A DNA stretch of 64,000 nt from Heterostelium pallidum. Taxonomy: Eukaryota. How positions within the stretch are numbered: the first letter of the stretch is position 1; each line of letters starts with the position of its first letter. The position numbers and the translations under genes are program-made. The DNA lies in NCBI RefSeq assembly GCF_000004825.1, contig NW_008805086.1, positions 965,410 to 1,029,409 of the forward strand, written 5' to 3'. This document shows positions 35,791 through 45,523 of the stretch, in pieces. The notes under the pieces are model-generated. The model made no database searches. It worked only from the letters and a program-made list of their open reading frames with translations, and was not told where the DNA came from.

Positions 35791-38700
35791 ATGACAAAAA
35801 AAGTTACCATTTCAGAATAGGGTGATCGTATTCACTTTTATAATCACAATTTTCACTATATTATCATCTATATACTTTATCAATGGAGGTATCGGTTTGA
35901 ATGGAAATGGCGTTGAATCAAACAACAATAATCAAAATGTCGAGGAAACTGCAAAGGATCTAATGGGTAGAAATTTAAATCAATTGCATCCATCGCTGAG
36001 GCTTCAGTTGGATGAGGAGGATCAGACTTTTCAACAGCTAGAGAATTTCAAACTCACTGGAAAAGACGAGCAACTTCAGTGGTCGACCGCTACATTTCAA
36101 AGGAAGCGTCGTGTTCTAATTGTCACCACTGAGATCGAGGGACCTGTACTCGGTGGAGGCATCGGAACTGCCTACACTGCATTGTCGCAACGACTCGCCG
36201 ACGATGGACACATCGTAACAGTGTTGGTAATCAACTACATCAAAAAGATGACTGCCACACACTGGCAGGAGTTGTATGCCACCAAGAAAATCACTATCGA
36301 ATTCCTCTCACCAGAGACTACCGACATCCTTGGATGCACCGGGCCATGCATTCGCAGTTACCACGCCTACAAATGGATTGCCGAGCGTGAGCATCTCTAC
36401 GATGTTCTTCACTTCCACGACAACGGTGGTATCGCCTATTTCTCTGCGTTGGCACGTAGCCAAGGAATTTCATTGCAAAAGTCAATCGTTGTCGTCGGTG
36501 GACATGGACCACATCTCTGGGAGAGAACTGCAAACTCTGCGAATCTCGACGACGGTAAACACTTTGAGGTAGATTACCTCGAGAAGCGTTCAGTGGAACT
36601 CTCCGACTGGCTGATATCGCCATCCAACTACATGCTAAACTGGATGCGTAGATCCGGTTGGGTTCTACCTAAAAACTCATATGTACACCAGAATCTTTTG
36701 CCAGGTACCATCATGTCGCAGCCAAGCGTCGATAAATTGATTGCACATTCATTCGATGAAATCATTTTCTTTGGTCGATTGGAGGCAAGAAAAGGACTCG
36801 ATATCTTCTTGAGAGCGTTGGATACACTACACAAGGAGTTGGACGAAGCCAATATCTTGGTTACATTTCTAGGTGCAAATACAAAGCTACCAGAGGTCAA
36901 TATGCTAGCGGATCAGTATATCGTTTCAAAGTGTCGTTTGTTGAATATGAATTGTCGGGTTTTGATTGGAAGAACTCATACCGAAGCAATCGCGTATCTC
37001 ACCGATCTATCGGATCGTAAGCTCGTCGTTATTCCATCGCCAATCGATAACTCACCCAACACAGTTTTGGAGTGTATGACACATAATCTAGCTTTCATTT
37101 CAACCAAAGTCGGTGGTATTCCAGAGTTGATCGATCCCAAAGATAGAGCACGTACTCTCTTTTCACCTGCACCAAACTCACTGATCCGAAAGATTCGTGA
37201 GTCCATCAGAGATGGTGTCTATCCAGCACGTATGGCCAAAGATGAATGGTTCAGACACAAGATTTGGAGCAATTGGCACTCCGTTGTACCAATACCTACA
37301 CAACAGCCACTCGTTACCAAACCCACCAATCTAGTGACTGTGGTACTCGTTCACAACGGCAACAACGACATTCAAGTGGAAACCAATCTAATGGCACTCG
37401 ACCAAAAGCAGAATCAATATCGTTTGGAGGTTGTAATTGCCACAGTTAGACCACTTCTCCAGATTCAAGAGTATCAATATATTAAAGTTAGTCAAGTCGA
37501 GATATCCGAATATCTCGTTTCACCAATCAATTTCCAGCCATGGAACAGTGAACCGATTGTCTCTTCATTCCATGGCGAATTCATTCTGTTTGTGGATCAA
37601 GAAGATTGGCTCAGCTCAAGGACACTCAATGAAATGTTGAATGTTGCCAAACATACCGGTGCACATATGGTATCGTCTTCGATTGGACATCCTGCCATGG
37701 GTGAAGATATCAGCTCTGTATATATGGGATGCATTGGAATGCCAGGAATGATGTACAACTGCTATGGTAGCAACAATGTACTGATGAACAAACTACTTTT
37801 ACATACAATCACTAAAAACTATACGAATGAAGAGATTGAAGATGAATTTGACTATGGTGGACCATGGGAGCTCTACTCTGAAGCAACCAACCGTGGATTC
37901 TCATTGGAAACCATTCCAAAAGCATTGTTTTTCACTTCAAGAACTGAAATCGATTTATCCAGTACTTATAATCAAGAATTAAGAGTTTTAAAATATTTCC
38001 AAGGTAAAAATTATTATTTAGCAAAACATTTATAAAAGCAATAGTTTATTAACTTTTATTGTTATCAACAGCATTATTACCACCATCTTTAGGTATTTCA
38101 CCACTTGCAACAAGACATTTCCTAATATCAAAGGGTTACTATTTAAATGAAATCAATACACAGACACAAAAAGTTAAACAATTGGAAGGACAAGTGGCGA
38201 AATATCAAATCATTGAAAAGAGAGAGGAACAATTTTTTGATTTGAATGAAACTTCATCTCAAGAGAGTTCCTGTGTCGTTTCAAACTACATGGAATCCAG
38301 AAAGCATATTGGAATGGTTTTCATTCGTGGTCACGAGAAATCAGGTACCTCATGGTTGAAAAAAGTAGTTGGTCTTCATCCAAGAATCCAGTTGCACCAA
38401 CAGGAATTCCACTTCCATATCGTCGAGGATGCCATTGAAAAATTTACAGATCATCCATGGGCTGCAAGTAACGAGCCTTATGTTTCTTACACCCGTAAGT
38501 GGTACAAATCATTCGTACGTAATCTTTTATTGGCTGGAGTATCACCACCATCGGCATCGATCATCAACTATGTCGGTGAGAAGACACCATCACCATTGGC
38601 ACCGATTATCTCTGGTTCCAAATATATTCTAATCATTAGAGATGGTAGAGATGTTGTTGTATCACTCTTTTGGCATTATGTCAGACTCGGTGGATTCGAG

Positions 38701-39222
38701 AACTGGTGTGGTGGCTTCTCAAAGCAACTGGTTGAGCCAGGCTATGTGAGATCCTACAACCAGGATACCAGTTATTTCAAGAAGAATCCAGAACATTTGT
38801 TGGAAAAAGAAGTCTGCTTCCGACATGTCGTTAGAAGCTGGGCAAAGAGAATCAGAGAGGATCTCCAAACCATCGATGACCTCAAGAAAAACCCAGCTGC
38901 TGAAGTCTATGTTTTGCGTTACGAAGAGCTACACCGTGATACTGATGCCATAAGAACAGAGATGTATCAATTCCTCGGACTAGATCCAGCAGAAGCACAA
39001 GAGCTATCGGTCGAAGGCAAAACAATTGCTGGTGGCTTCCAGGAGGAGGGCGAAAAGAAAAACAAATTCTTTAGAAAAGGAGAGATTGGTGATTGGCAGA
39101 ATTACTTTAGTTATGCAAACAAAGTTTGGTTCAAAGAAGAGGCTGGACATGAACTCATCCAACTTGGTTATGAACTAGATCATCTTTGGGTAAAGAATAC
39201 CAAACTATCTCCTATTAAATAA
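35791..39222 (+). CDS. Type II membrane protein fusing GT4 glycosyltransferase, GT2-like glycosyltransferase and PAPS-dependent sulfotransferase domains
   Basis: Two exons, ~35791/35822-38003 and 38072-39222, with a 68-nt phase-1 intron (CAA G|GTAAAA..ACAG). There is a TM anchor, IVFTFIITIFTILSSIYFI. GT4 motifs are RVLIVTTEIEGPVLGGGIGTA, GRLEARKGLD and STKVGGIPELI. GT2-like motifs are VTVVLVHNG and FILFVDQEDWL. Sulfotransferase motifs are GHEKSGTSWL (5'-PSB), IIRDGRDVVVS (3'-PB) and FRKGEIGDWQNYF. The ATG at 35791 is one base out of frame with the ORF (see findings). Confidence 0.8.
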
Positions 39223-39790
39223 AATTAAAAATAAATAGATTAAAAGTTTTAACCTATCATAGAGATAATAACATTACAATGAATAGATTAGTTTACAATT
39301 TTATTTCAAATTACTCAAATCTAGAGGTTTTCTTTGTAAATGAAGCCAATTCAGGAGACAACTTCTCAATAACCGGTGTTCCGTATGGATCTTCAATATT
39401 TGATTTTCAATTTATAGTAAGCTATCACTACAATTTTTTTTTATTCAAACGTATTGATGTGTTGTTAATCAAAGATAAACAATTTACTTTGTTATCTTCA
39501 AAGATGATAAGTTGTGGGCTCAATCCACCATTTATTTCCTTTTAAGAATTTCTACAAACAAAATTAATTGTGCATGAAGAAATTTCAAAAAAAAAAAAGC
39601 ATTCAACCAGATATTTTTGTAAACGAAAAGTATCAAGATTTTGTGCATAAGATGAAAAAATTAAAAAAATAAAAATTTAACAAAAATAAAAAAATAAAAT
39701 TAAAACTAAAGTTTTTGTAATTGTTCAACAACAAATCAATTGACTGATTGATTGATTTAATCAAAACCTTAAATAACTAAATACATAATA

Positions 39791-41050
39791 ATGGTAAATT
39801 TTATTGATAACACTAACGACTATCTAAAGAGTAATGAATGCTAACATTTCGAGAATAATTAAATCAAATAGGAAACAACTACAGTTGAAACTACAAAGGA
39901 TGGTGTTGTCGTTTTACAATATGAAGATCTTTTGAAAATGAAGGATTTGGGACAGTCAATCGAAACTGCCTTTGGATATAACGGTATTGGACTTTTAGTG
40001 GTTCGTGGCATTCCAAACATCACAGAGTTGCGTGACAAACTCTTGAACTTGGCACCACAATATACTGCATTGCCAGACGACATCAAAGAGAAAACCGTAC
40101 ACAAAAAGAGTAATTACTCATTCGGTTGGTCACACGGTAAAGAAATTCTTAAACCAGGTGTTTTTGGTAAGTTAAAAATCATCATTCCTTAATATTAAAA
40201 TAATCAATTATTTACTAATTGTTTGATTGATTGATTGATTATCATAATAATTTATTATATATGTATAGACGAATATAAAGGATCATATTATAATAATCCA
40301 CAATATGATACACCATTCTCTGATGCAAAGATGATTGAAGAGTTTCCAGAAAGTTGTCATCCAAATATTTGGCCAGTCCAAGATTTCCCACAGTTGCGTG
40401 ATGCTTTTATGGAGTTGGGACAAACCATCGTCAATGTTGGATCGCTCGTTGCTCAGCAATGCGATCTCTACGTACAATCAAAGAAACCAAACTACCAACC
40501 AAACACATTGAAGCGTATCATCGACGAGTCACTCACTTGCAAGGCACGTCTTCTCTATTATTTCCCAATCAATGAGGACCAGACCGAGCGCTCAAGAGAC
40601 AGTTGGTGCGGATGGCACAACGACCACTCCAGTTTGACTGGTTTGTGTCCAGCCATGTACTTCAAGGTCGACGAGAAGGGTAATGTCGTACTTGACAAGG
40701 ATATTCCATGCCCAGACGCAGCAGCTGGATTGTATGCACGTTCCAGAAACGACGAGGAGGTAAAGGTTATCATCCCAAAGGATTGCATCGCCTACCAAAT
40801 TGGAGAGTGCTCACAAGTTCAAACCGGTGGATTGCTCCGTGCCACTCCACACGCTGTCCAAGCCATCAAGTATCCAGAGAGTCAGCAAGTAGGTCGTTCG
40901 ACATTCGCTGTTTTCATGCAACCAAATGTGGATGTCGTATTAAACACTCCAGATGCCACCGATCAATGTTCGGTTGGACAATATCAACCTGGTATGACAT
41001 TCGCTGAATTCAGTAAAGTTACAATTGAGAATTATTATTCTGAAAAATAA
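39791..41050 (+). CDS. 2-oxoglutarate/Fe(II)-dependent oxygenase superfamily protein (isopenicillin-N-synthase-like)
   Basis: Three exons. Exon 1 is 39791-39793 (the ATG alone, followed at once by GTAAAT). Exon 2 is 39872-40166 and exon 3 is 40269-41050. The junctions are phase-consistent. The N-terminal block is VVVLQYEDLL..AFGYNGIGLLVVRGIP. The H-x-D motif lies in WCGWHNDHSSLTGL and the distal His in LLRATPHAV. Confidence 0.75.
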
Positions 41051-41456
41051 AATGAACTAAACATAAAGTTGATTCCATTTTATAATATATCTGTTTAATT
41101 GGGGTTAATTAATTTTTTAACAGTTTACATTTGCATTGTGTGAAAATTTATGAATTGCAAAAAAATTGATTAACACACACCAATATTGTGTTAATCCAAC
41201 TTTTTTTGGAGAATGATCTTTAACAAATTGTAGTATAATCCAATAGATTTTTGAAGAAATTAATAAATTAATCATATATTAAAAATTTATACAAAACAAA
41301 ATATAATTCATTTTTTTTAAGTACTTAAAAAAAAAAATATTATTTAGTTATATAGTTATATTACTTTTTATCTTTATAACTATCACAAATATATTATTAT
41401 AAATAATACTTACTTTATTATTTTATTTATATATAATAGTAAAAAAATTAAAAAAT

Positions 41457-42875
41457 ATGGAAGATGTATACAATATTGAGAAGAGAAAACAAATATTTGA
41501 AGTTTTATCAAATAATTTAGAAATAAGATATTTAAAGTATATATGGGTGGATCTATCAAATTTTATTCATGTAAAAGTTATTAGAACCAAGTATTTATTG
41601 GAGCACCAATGCAAATATTTTTCGTTTGGTACCAACTTTCTGTTTTTGAGATGCTTTGACAATCTTTCCAATGTTATAATTCCACCAGAGGACAAAGAAA
41701 CTTACTTTGTTCCAGATTGGAATACATTCCATGTGAATTCTTATCAAAAGGGAATTGCAAGTGTGTTTGGTTCGATCTATAGAATGAAGAAAGTAGTTTT
41801 AGGAAATGGAAATTCGTTCATACAGTGTGAACCATATGAACACTGTCCAAGAAATATTTTAAAAAAAGCAGAGAATACACTGTCGGAAATTCATATTGAT
41901 GGTGAAACTGGTATCAGCTTGAAAGGTTCATTTGAAGAAGAGTTCTATTTATTACCATTGGATACACCAATACCTGAAGAGGCTAATTCCGAATTAATAC
42001 CTGGATACAGTTTATACCATGTGGATGATCACATAGAGATCCTAATTGATATGGCCAAACACTTGGAGGATCAAGGTGTGCCGAATGAACAGATTCTGCA
42101 TGAGGGTGCACCAAACCAATTTGAAATAACAGTGCCTTACACATCGATCATGGAAGCATGTGATCGTCATATCATTGTGAGAAGTACAGTTCATGCTATT
42201 GCCAAGAAACATGGATATCAAGCCACTTTTATTCCTAAACCATTTAAAAACGACCTTGGAACTGGTTGCCATGTTCATCTTTCTCTGTGGAACAAAGACA
42301 AGAATTTAGTACCAAATCTAACTCATTCAACTAATTTATCAAACATTGCAAGACGTGCGATCAGTGGTATATTGCATCATGCTAGAGGTCTAACTGCTAT
42401 TTTCAATGCGTCTGTAAACTCATATCAACGTTTGAAGCCTATGACCTGGTCTGGAGGTGCCATTTGCTGGGGTGTCAATAATAAGGAATCGATGATTCGT
42501 GTTCCACACAGTGCATACACATTCAGTAACTTTGAATTGAAATCATTGGATCATAGTGCCAATGTGTATGTGGCAATGGCAGCCACTATATATGCAATGG
42601 TTGATGGAATGATTAGTGATAGTATAAAGATGCTTCCTCCAATTACCAAATACCCGTGCCAATATACTGACAGTGAAAGAGATAACCTAGGAATAAGACA
42701 GTTTCCTAAAACTCTTGGAGAAGCAATCAAAGAACTTGGCTCAGATACCTTTTTGATCAAAATGATGGGTTCCGAATTTATAGAGACCTTTTGTGCTATC
42801 AGACAATTCGAACAAGATTTTCTTAAAGGCAAGAGTGATTATGAAATTATTAAACTCTATTACAAACTGTATTAA
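41457..42875 (+). CDS. Type-I glutamine synthetase-like ATP-dependent amide ligase, tandem copy 1
   Basis: An intronless 472-aa ORF. Motifs are GSFEEEFYLL, EGAPNQFEITVPY, ATFIPKPF..GTGCHVHLSLW, NSYQRLKP and WG..NKESMIRVP. Confidence 0.9.
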   Translation: MEDVYNIEKRKQIFEVLSNNLEIRYLKYIWVDLSNFIHVKVIRTKYLLEHQCKYFSFGTNFLFLRCFDNLSNVIIPPEDKETYFVPDWNTFHVNSYQKGIASVFGSIYRMKKVVLGNGNSFIQCEPYEHCPRNILKKAENTLSEIHIDGETGISLKGSFEEEFYLLPLDTPIPEEANSELIPGYSLYHVDDHIEILIDMAKHLEDQGVPNEQILHEGAPNQFEITVPYTSIMEACDRHIIVRSTVHAIAKKHGYQATFIPKPFKNDLGTGCHVHLSLWNKDKNLVPNLTHSTNLSNIARRAISGILHHARGLTAIFNASVNSYQRLKPMTWSGGAICWGVNNKESMIRVPHSAYTFSNFELKSLDHSANVYVAMAATIYAMVDGMISDSIKMLPPITKYPCQYTDSERDNLGIRQFPKTLGEAIKELGSDTFLIKMMGSEFIETFCAIRQFEQDFLKGKSDYEIIKLYYKLY

Positions 42876-43302
42876 TAATAATAAAGGTAGATTTCTTGGT
42901 TCTAGAAAGAAAAAATAATTTTAAAAAAAAAATTTTTCATCAACAATTTTTTAAAAAAAAAAGGAATCATTATTTGAAAAGATGTTACTTTGTGTATTCA
43001 TAAATCTGAGACAAAAAAATTGGTGAAAAAGATCACTTTTCAGTTTTTTTTTTCTTGAACCAATCATAAATTAAATGGGCAGTTGAACAAAAATGAAAAT
43101 ATTTGTTTGTGTTTAGTTGTAAATTGGCATTGGTTGAAAAGATCCGGGAACCATGTTTTATTATTATAATCTATCTATTCGAGGTTTCTGCTTATTGTTC
43201 GTAAAGTTGAACAAAAGGTGTACCACAGACATATAAATAAGAAAATCAATCTACAACAATTTTAAATTACATAACTTTTTTAAATCAGTGTTTATTCAAC
43301 AA

Positions 43303-44724
43303 ATGGAAGAATTGAATAATGAAAAAAGAAAACAAATATTTGAATATTTATCAATACACACAGAAATTAGATATCTAAAATATATTTGGATTGATCTTTC
43401 CAATGTTATACACTCGAGAATCATCAGAACAAAATATTTGCTAGAAGAACGATGCCAGCACTTCCCTATTCTCATTACCTTCCTTTATTGGCGATGCTTC
43501 GACGGAAGAATAAGTCCAGCGGTTGATTATAAACTCGAAGAATCTGAAGCTTACTTTTTGCCAGATTGGGGAACATTCCAATTGGTTTCATATCAAGCAG
43601 AGACTGCACAGGTTTTTGGGTACATTTATCAAATTAAGAGAGTGGCTCAGCCTGATGGTGCTTTCAAGACTCACTATGATGCCGTGGATTGTTGTCCTAG
43701 AACCATGCTGAAGAATGCAGAGAAAATACTTTCGGAGATCCATATCGATGGTGCAACTGGTATCAGCTTGAAAGGTTCCTTCGAAGAAGAATTCTATCTA
43801 CTTCCTTTTGGTACGTCATTGCCTGAAGATTCTAGTTATGAATACAGACCATGCTTTAGCCTTTATCATACAGATGAATACTTTGAGATTCTAACTGACA
43901 TTGAGAAACACTTGGAGGCTCAGGGTGTGCCAAATGAACAGATTATGACCGAAGGTGGACCAAACCAATTTGAAATAACAGTGCCTTACACATCGATCAT
44001 GGAAGCATGTGATCGTCATATTATCATCAGAAGTACAGTTCATGCAATTTCCAAGAAACATGGATATCAAGCCACTTTTATTCCCAAACCTTACAAGAGT
44101 TACCCTGGAACTGGTTGTCATGTTCACCTTTCTCTGTGGAACAGAACCAATAATTTAGTTCCAAATCTCAGTCATCCAAATGGTCTGTCAAACATTGCAA
44201 GACGTGCGATCAGTGGTATATTGCATCATGCCAGTGGTCTGGCTGCTATTTTCAATCCAAATGTAAACTCATATCAACGTTTGAAACCATTGACTATTTC
44301 AGGTAATTTTATATGCTGGGGTATCGGTAATAAGGAAGCGATGATTCGAGTTCCACCATGTTCTTATACATTCAGTAACTTTGAATTGAAATCAATGGAT
44401 CATAGTGCCAACCCGTATTTGGCATTAGCTGCAACTATCTATGCAATGGTCGATGGAATGATTAGTGATAATATTAGGATACTTCCCAACATTCCAACAT
44501 TTCCAACACTCTACACCGAAATAGAAAAAGAGGAACTGGGCATTAGAGAAAATCCTAGATCTCTTGACGAAGCAATCAAAGAACTTAGATCAGATACCTT
44601 TTTGATCAACATGATGGGTTCTGAATTTATCAAGAACTTTTGTGCTATTAGACAGTTCGAACAAGATTTTCTTAGTGGCAAAACTAATCATGAAACCGCC
44701 AAACTCTATTACAAATTGTATTAA
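43303..44724 (+). CDS. Type-I glutamine synthetase-like ligase, tandem copy 2
   Basis: Intronless and collinear with copy 1, with the same motif set. I took the start at the first ATG (MEELNNEKRKQIF); the ORF track begins at an upstream GTG. Confidence 0.9.
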   Translation: MEELNNEKRKQIFEYLSIHTEIRYLKYIWIDLSNVIHSRIIRTKYLLEERCQHFPILITFLYWRCFDGRISPAVDYKLEESEAYFLPDWGTFQLVSYQAETAQVFGYIYQIKRVAQPDGAFKTHYDAVDCCPRTMLKNAEKILSEIHIDGATGISLKGSFEEEFYLLPFGTSLPEDSSYEYRPCFSLYHTDEYFEILTDIEKHLEAQGVPNEQIMTEGGPNQFEITVPYTSIMEACDRHIIIRSTVHAISKKHGYQATFIPKPYKSYPGTGCHVHLSLWNRTNNLVPNLSHPNGLSNIARRAISGILHHASGLAAIFNPNVNSYQRLKPLTISGNFICWGIGNKEAMIRVPPCSYTFSNFELKSMDHSANPYLALAATIYAMVDGMISDNIRILPNIPTFPTLYTEIEKEELGIRENPRSLDEAIKELRSDTFLINMMGSEFIKNFCAIRQFEQDFLSGKTNHETAKLYYKLY

Positions 44725-45523
44725 TAATGATATGTATGATAGATTTTTCTCTTCACAAATTTATTAATGATTCGGTTTTACAAACATTAGTGATCGAAAT
44801 AAACGAGTGATGATTTCAATTTTATAAAATCAAACACCACCCACACGATATTTATTTTTAGTATAATGCAGACGTCTCTTAATCTCATATTCTTTAAACT
44901 ATTAAAAAAGTATCGAAAAATAATAAATCACTTGCAAAACTAGCGATTAATTGAATCGTGAATCAAATAAAATTTAATTTTGATTGAATTTGTCTATTTT
45001 TGTCAAAAAAAAAAACATTTTGAAAGTAGAACAAAACCATTAACATCCAACAAAGCCTAAAATCAGAAAATTATTGGGTTAAATATAATTAAAATGTGTA
45101 TTTAATCATTGTTTTTGTTACTAATATTTAAACACACAAAAAATTAATTAAATTCTTTTTTTTATGATTAAATTTTAAAATTACATTAAATTTGGGGGGG
45201 GGCTGTATCAACAAATCACAAAATAGACCTCCCCTGTTCTTTCAAATCTTCGATAAATCTAACTACCATTCATTATATATATATCACAACTTTTTAAGAT
45301 CAATATTAATAATTAATTAAAATTAAAAAAAAATTGGTACTTCTTTTGTTAAATAAAATTACTTTAATTAATATTATCATATAAAGGTATTAGATATAAC
45401 AGTTATTTGTTAAATTATTACTTTTTTATTTGTACTTAAATCAAAACAAACTTTCTTTACATTCAATCAAAATCAAAGAATCAACCAATTGTTTTTCTAG
45501 ATTTTTTTTAAAAATAAATAATT

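Noticed and set aside
36276-37640. Internal ORFs on both strands inside the GT4/GT2 exon
   Set aside because: They are shadows of the main frame, which carries all the conserved glycosyltransferase motifs.
39279-39545. An 88-aa plus-strand ORF (MNRLVYNFISNYSNLEVFFVNEANSGDNF..) in coding-like DNA between the sulfotransferase stop and the oxygenase promoter. The minus strand also gives a plausible-looking peptide (..IEDPYGTPVIEKLSPELASFTKKTSRFE*)
   Set aside because: I could not build a phase-consistent exon model on either strand. I recognise no homologue, and it starts only 57 nt after the preceding stop. It may be a small real gene or a relic, so it needs RNA evidence.
45196-45204. A G9 homopolymer in otherwise AT-rich intergenic DNA
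   Set aside because: It is an isolated homopolymer with no additional G-tracts for a quadruplex and no flanking structure.
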